Shown piece after piece: positions 49,942 through 55,545 of a stretch of 55,545 nt of DNA; positions within the stretch are counted from its first letter, which is position 1; every line of letters starts with the position of its first letter. The notes below the pieces were generated by a model. That model did not search any database. It was not told the DNA's origin and was given only the letters and a program-made list of their open reading frames with translations. The stretch covers positions 180,280,978 to 180,336,522 of the forward strand of contig NC_068982.1 in NCBI RefSeq assembly GCF_001194135.2. The letters are read 5' to 3'. The translations under genes and the position numbers were made by a program. Origin of the DNA: Octopus bimaculoides. Lineage: Eukaryota.

Positions 49942-50970
49942 TGCATATATCAGATAATAAGACAGGATCGGCATGCTTGGAAAGGCTTTGATAAGCTTTA
50001 GATTTGAATCGGGCTTATTACCACTATTATCCCTACCACCGTCACCATCAACATCACAACAATCAGCAACAAAAACATCGACAACATCAACTTCGCTACC
50101 AACATAAATTGAAACAAAAATATAAATCGTTTCTATTATGTTAGACTGTCGCATGTCCATATTTATTTGTGCTTGCAATAGCTTATTCTTTTGGTCAAAC
50201 TATCGTATCTCCAGCTACTTCTGATACCAAGATATCAACAATTGTCAGTGTCGTACAAAGGTTTTGCTATCAAAAGGTGAAACTATTTTTTCGTTTTCTG
50301 GACTTACGACACTTTTGCATAATAGCAGTTTTACTATATTAATTTTCCTTCCTGTATATATCACTACATTAATTTCCCTTTGGTATATAATTATTATATT
50401 ACTCCCTCTAAAATATATCATCATCAAAAGCAAGTGAATGTAAATTTCAGATTTTAAACATAGCAATCACATGCTCTGAAGTAAATATTATATAAGCAAC
50501 AAATTGTACTTAACCGTTTCTACTCAACTGATGTATTCGGCTACAATCACATATATCAATCATACACAAAGAAGTTAATTTTGCAATTAAATTACAGATC
50601 GATATTTTTAAACATAAAGTTACAAATTTAAAATGGCGATTAATTTGCTGTTGTTGTTATTGTTTTGCCCCAGCTTATCTATGAGCAAATATCCCCAATG
50701 ACCTAAATTATAAAAAAAACGTATTCATTACGACGCTTTTCGTACTCAAAATGTTGTTTCTGATGAAAATAAAGTCTATTTTGAGAGAGACTTAGTAGCT
50801 TTTTCTGGTAGGGCGATTAAAAATGTAGAAGCTGCAACACGACAAATTGAACAAAAGGTACAACGATAGAGGGTAATAACATTATTTGGACTCTACTTTT
50901 CTTGAGAGTTTTACTGTGAATCAAACAGCCAATCAAAACTTCTCTCTTATGTACACTGCAGTCTATATAA

Positions 50971-52216
50971 ATAATTGTTTCTACTACAGGCACATATTCT
51001 GGAATTTGAAGGTGGTGGTGGTGGTGGTGGTGGCTGACTAAGTGGTTACATCAAACCCAGTACTCAACTGGCACATGTTTTATCGAACTGAAAAGTCAAC
51101 CTTCGAGGAATTTGAACTCTGGTCGTAAAGCCGAAAGAAATACCGCTAAGCATTTTGTCCAGCGTATTAATGATTCTGCCAGCTCACCACTTTATAACCA
51201 TTTCAACTATAGGCACAATGCCTGAAATTTTGGGGGAGGGGACTAGTCGAATACATTGACTCCAGTGTTCCACTGGTACTTAATTTATCGGTACCGAAAG
51301 GATGAAAAGCAAAGTCTAACTCGGCGGAATTTGAACTCAGAACATAAAGACAGACGAAATGTTGTTAAGCATTTCGCCGCAAACGTTTTTGCTAGCTCAC
51401 CACTTTTATAATCTAAATAAATAATGATTACTTTATATGATAGGAAATGTGGCGCATATAGAACCTTTATGTAATAATAATTCTTTCAAATTTAAGCAAA
51501 ACTTCAGTAATCGTGAGAGAAGGGCGTTTGTCAAAAGTAGTACTTGACTGAGACTTGGGAGGATGAGAGTAAAAGTTCAGTCGTAGACGAGATTTGAACT
51601 TAGAACTTAAACAACCGGAGCAAATATCAGAAAGTATTTTGTCCGACGCTCTAACGATTTATTCACACAATCGCACTTACGCCATAATGATAAAAATGAT
51701 TCTTTCAAATTTTGGCTCAAGGTCAGAAATTTTGTGCGGAGGAGGGTTATTTGATTATATTAACCTCATTACTTGGCTAATGCTTTATTATATCGATCCC
51801 GAAAGGATGAGGCAAATTTGATCTTGGCGGGATATGAAATCAATATGAAATAAATACCATAAAGCGTTTTACTGGTGCTCTAGCGATTCTGTCAGCTCAC
51901 CGCCATTATGGTTACTAATGTAGATACAGGCCAGCAGTTCTGAGGGGAGGGGCTAGCCAATATCATTGACTTCAGTAATCGATTGGTACTTTCATTTATC
52001 TTCCTCTCAAGGTTGAAAGACAAACCCATAGGATTTGAACTCAGGATGTAGATATCGGTAACAAACTGTGAAAAATTGAACTCAAGGCTGACAATTTTGA
52101 GGCAATGACAGTACCATTAACCCCGTTGATTCCGGCAGTATCATTAACCCTAGTACATGACTGGTATTTTATTTTATCAAGGATGAAAGGCAACATTGCC
52201 TAGGCAAACTTTGAAA
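50971..52216 (-). mobile_element. Cluster of about six same-strand SINE family C copies
   Basis: Copies at about 50971-51190, 51197-51403, 51478-51677, 51697-51904, 51912-52070 and 52072-52216. Each has the ..TTTGAA(C/A).. B-box region and AAGGATGA/ACTGG(T/C)A-like motifs. Confidence 0.8.
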
Positions 52217-52387
52217 TGTTATGAAATATTGCAGTAATCTTTACTATATGTAAATACATAGACACAAAGGATATCATTTAAAAATTTTAAAGAGGTCAGC
52301 AAAATTCAATGATAAATTGCTCCTGGACTACGTAATCGAAGTAAAAATAACGACATTTAGGACAGAGAGGGAGGGAAAGAGGGAGAA

Positions 52388-52495
<108 letters not shown>

Positions 52496-52886
52496 TGTAC
52501 AGCCATTTTAATCGAAACTTTTGTACACACGTAAGATACATATCTTCTTCATAACGATGTAAAGCTGACGACTATCTGCGAACTTTGAAACGATTGAATA
52601 GAATAAAGTACTGATAGAGAATATTTATTTTAAAGTTCACAAGTAGATAAACTGCAACACGATGATGATGGCTATCTATTTTAACAGATAGATATTCACA
52701 CCAACAGTCTCATATGAAGAATGACGCCGTTTTCATAATGATGTAAACTGCACGTAGCGTTTAAGATAATGCCAAAGTTTTTGTAACAACTTAAAGCTTT
52801 ACTTCCCATGAATATGATTTATTGTGAACTGAACTGAGAATGGAATTATATATACATATACACACACACATGCATACATACATACA

Positions 52887-52920
<34 letters not shown>

Positions 52921-53036
52921 CATACATATATATATATATGTGCGTGTTTATATATTTGTGTGTGTGTGTGAGAGATAGAGAAAGAAAGAATGTGTATATA
53001 TTTTATTAAATATATTAAAATCGATTTATTAATTCA

Positions 53037-53127
53037 CCTTGGCTGTTTGCTTCCCATTACATAGTTCCATGTTTAATCCCACTTGTGAGTGGATTTGGTA
53101 GACGGAACAGGAAAGAAGCCCGTCGTG
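53037..53127 (+). mobile_element. SINE family A 5' part with internal deletion
   Basis: TGCTTCCCATTACATAGTTCC..ATCCCAC joined directly to TTGTGAGTGGATTTGGTAGACGGAAC..GAAAGAAGCCCGTCG. Confidence 0.7.
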
Positions 53128-53138
53128 AGTATATAAAG

Positions 53139-53169
<31 letters not shown>

Positions 53170-53345
53170 TACACACACACACACGCGCGCGCGCGCGCAC
53201 ACACACACACAAACGCACGCGCTCGCGCATATACACACTAGCACACATTGAATTTCTTTATATATTTGTGTATGTGCGTATATGCTGTGTATATGTATAT
53301 GTAATTATCCTGCATATATGTGTACGTATTAAGAAAGCATGTGTA

Positions 53346-53392
<47 letters not shown>

Positions 53393-53396
53393 ATTT

Positions 53397-53428
<32 letters not shown>

Positions 53429-53438
53429 NNNNNNNNNN

Positions 53439-53439
53439 G

Positions 53440-53511
<72 letters not shown>

Positions 53512-53520
53512 TTACTACTG
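53439..53520. repeat. (CTA)n microsatellite
   Basis: Directly visible. Confidence 0.95.
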
Positions 53521-53714
53521 CTGCTGCTGCCTTTTCTCATGCGAACATCAACTACAGTGACATCATTAATATATTTGGAGTTGCAAGGTATATATATGTA
53601 TATGTATATGTATAAGGCATATAATAATCAGGCAAAGAACAGATAGTTCTGCGTATATATAGACTTATCCATCTAAGACAAAACATTAAAAGTTCTTGAA
53701 GTATCACACCTCGA

Positions 53715-53980
53715 ATTATTGGTGGTGGTTGAGTTGAGAGTTACATAAACTACAATGTGGTTGTAATAGTGGTGGTGGTGGTAATGAATATGATGTTGAT
53801 GAACTGAATAGCATGATGACAAAAGTTGTGGTGGTTGTGATGATGTTAATAACGACGACGAAGATGAAGACGATAATGATGATGATGATGATGAAAAATG
53901 GTGATGGTGTTTGTAGTGGTCGTCGTAGTGATAAAGTTAATGATGGTGAGAAGGAGGATGATGACAACGACAATTACAGT
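53715..53980. repeat. GGT/GAT low-complexity tract
   Basis: Directly visible. Confidence 0.85.
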
Positions 53981-55492
53981 GTCGGCGGTCTACACTTTGT
54001 AGCATCGTATTATAGTTAATGAAAGCCTTGCTTAAATGGTGTTACAGTACAAATGTCCGAGCATGATGTGTTTCTAAGTTTGCCACACATCTTATTCCTA
54101 GTTATTTTTAGTGTAATAGTTTGGTTGTTTCTGATGTCTTTATGATTGAATCTTGAAGAAGAGGAAGGTCAGTTTACGGATCGTGCTTTCATTAAAGGCT
54201 TACATTTTTAGATCACAATTGCCTGAAGATATCATTTTGAATGATAATATAAACGTCCATTCCTCTGCAATAACTTTGTTAGTGAAATCCTGGGTCGCAG
54301 ATTTCCTAGCAACGTAGTTTCGGATTAATCGATGTAGAAAATTATTTTCTTACTTCAGTCAACAGAAATAATAGCTGATGTGTTAAGACTAGATCAAACT
54401 GGAAAAATGATGCGTAATTCAATGCACAACTAATGTCAAGTATTTAATTTTATTTAAATACCCTGAAACAAGCAAGTAAAAAAAAACATTGATTAACTTT
54501 CGTCGACCAATATAGAAAGGATATTAATACTTCAAGTTTCCTTTGAAAACGAATTTTAATTCGGGATTTTGTGCCTAATTCAATTTATTTGAAACTGCTC
54601 ATATCTTAAATAAAGACCTTAGCAAGTCCACCTTCCACTACCCATTTACCGTTCTTAATGAGAAAACATTGCGAAGCTAAGATATGTTTTAAACTGTTTT
54701 ACCAGATTTAAACTTGGACAATATATATATATATATATATATAACTTGGAAAACATATACACTCTATTCACAGATACGCATACATTCATATACATATTGA
54801 TGTGGTGGATATGTATGAAGACAGTTGTATGTGTGTGAGTGAATGTGTGTATGTGTATGTGCGTGCTTGTGCAAAGTACAGAGTGTTCTATAATTGTACA
54901 AGAAGCAAAATAGTTCGAAGCTATTAAGTTAAGGTCCAATGATTTCGCTTCAGAGGCTAATAAAAAGAAAACAAGAAAAACAGAAAAACATGTGAGCAAT
55001 GAAAAATATAAAGTATCATGTGAATAATGGGTAGAGCGGTTTCCTTATGAGAACACAAATCTTCTGTTTAGGACCATGAGTAAGTCGAAAAACGTCTCCA
55101 CTTGGAAAACGCACCACACCACTTCTTTCTTCAGAATAACCTAAACCAACATACCACCCCTCTCCTTTCCCCAGAATACTATTCAAGATTGTTCTTTCCT
55201 TTTCATTTATAATCAACACACGGTTTATTTTTATGTTTCTTCGTTACTCTCCGAGGAAGCGACGTTGAGTCCTGACATAGCGATTTCGAAACTCTTGTTA
55301 GTTTAAAGGACACTAACGAAAACATACTTCCCTGTACATTTAATGTATTGAGTTTTCTTCGTGTGAATGGGTTCTTTGATCTCTGAAGCCTTATGATACA
55401 TAAATATATATATATATATGTACATACATTTGCATTTGTACCTATATTTATACACATACACATATGTATATATATATACATATATATATATA

Positions 55493-55545
<53 letters not shown>

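Overview
This is AT-rich eukaryotic (animal) non-coding DNA, saturated with microsatellites and broken by many N-gaps that mostly abut simple repeats. The repeat families look like those of an octopus genome; this is recognition from memory, not a database match. I found no intact host gene, rRNA, true tRNA or CRISPR array, and nearly all listed ORFs are microsatellite or gap read-through. The window is a transposon graveyard. It holds three tRNA-headed SINE families (called A, B and C here) and the C-terminal part of an R4/Dong-type RLE non-LTR retrotransposon. It also holds a near-complete mariner, mariner and Tc1 MITEs, a Chapaev3-like CMC transposon, a hAT transposase relic, a non-autonomous Helitron, and Penelope-like terminal segments with decayed hammerhead-ribozyme cores. 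The most notable structures are: (i) an apparent twin-priming 5' inversion in the Dong-like element; (ii) an inverted copy of local DNA sandwiched between two inverted Penelope-like tails; (iii) six same-strand SINE C copies packed into about 1.25 kb; and (iv) several local inverted or direct duplications with about 1 kb spacers.
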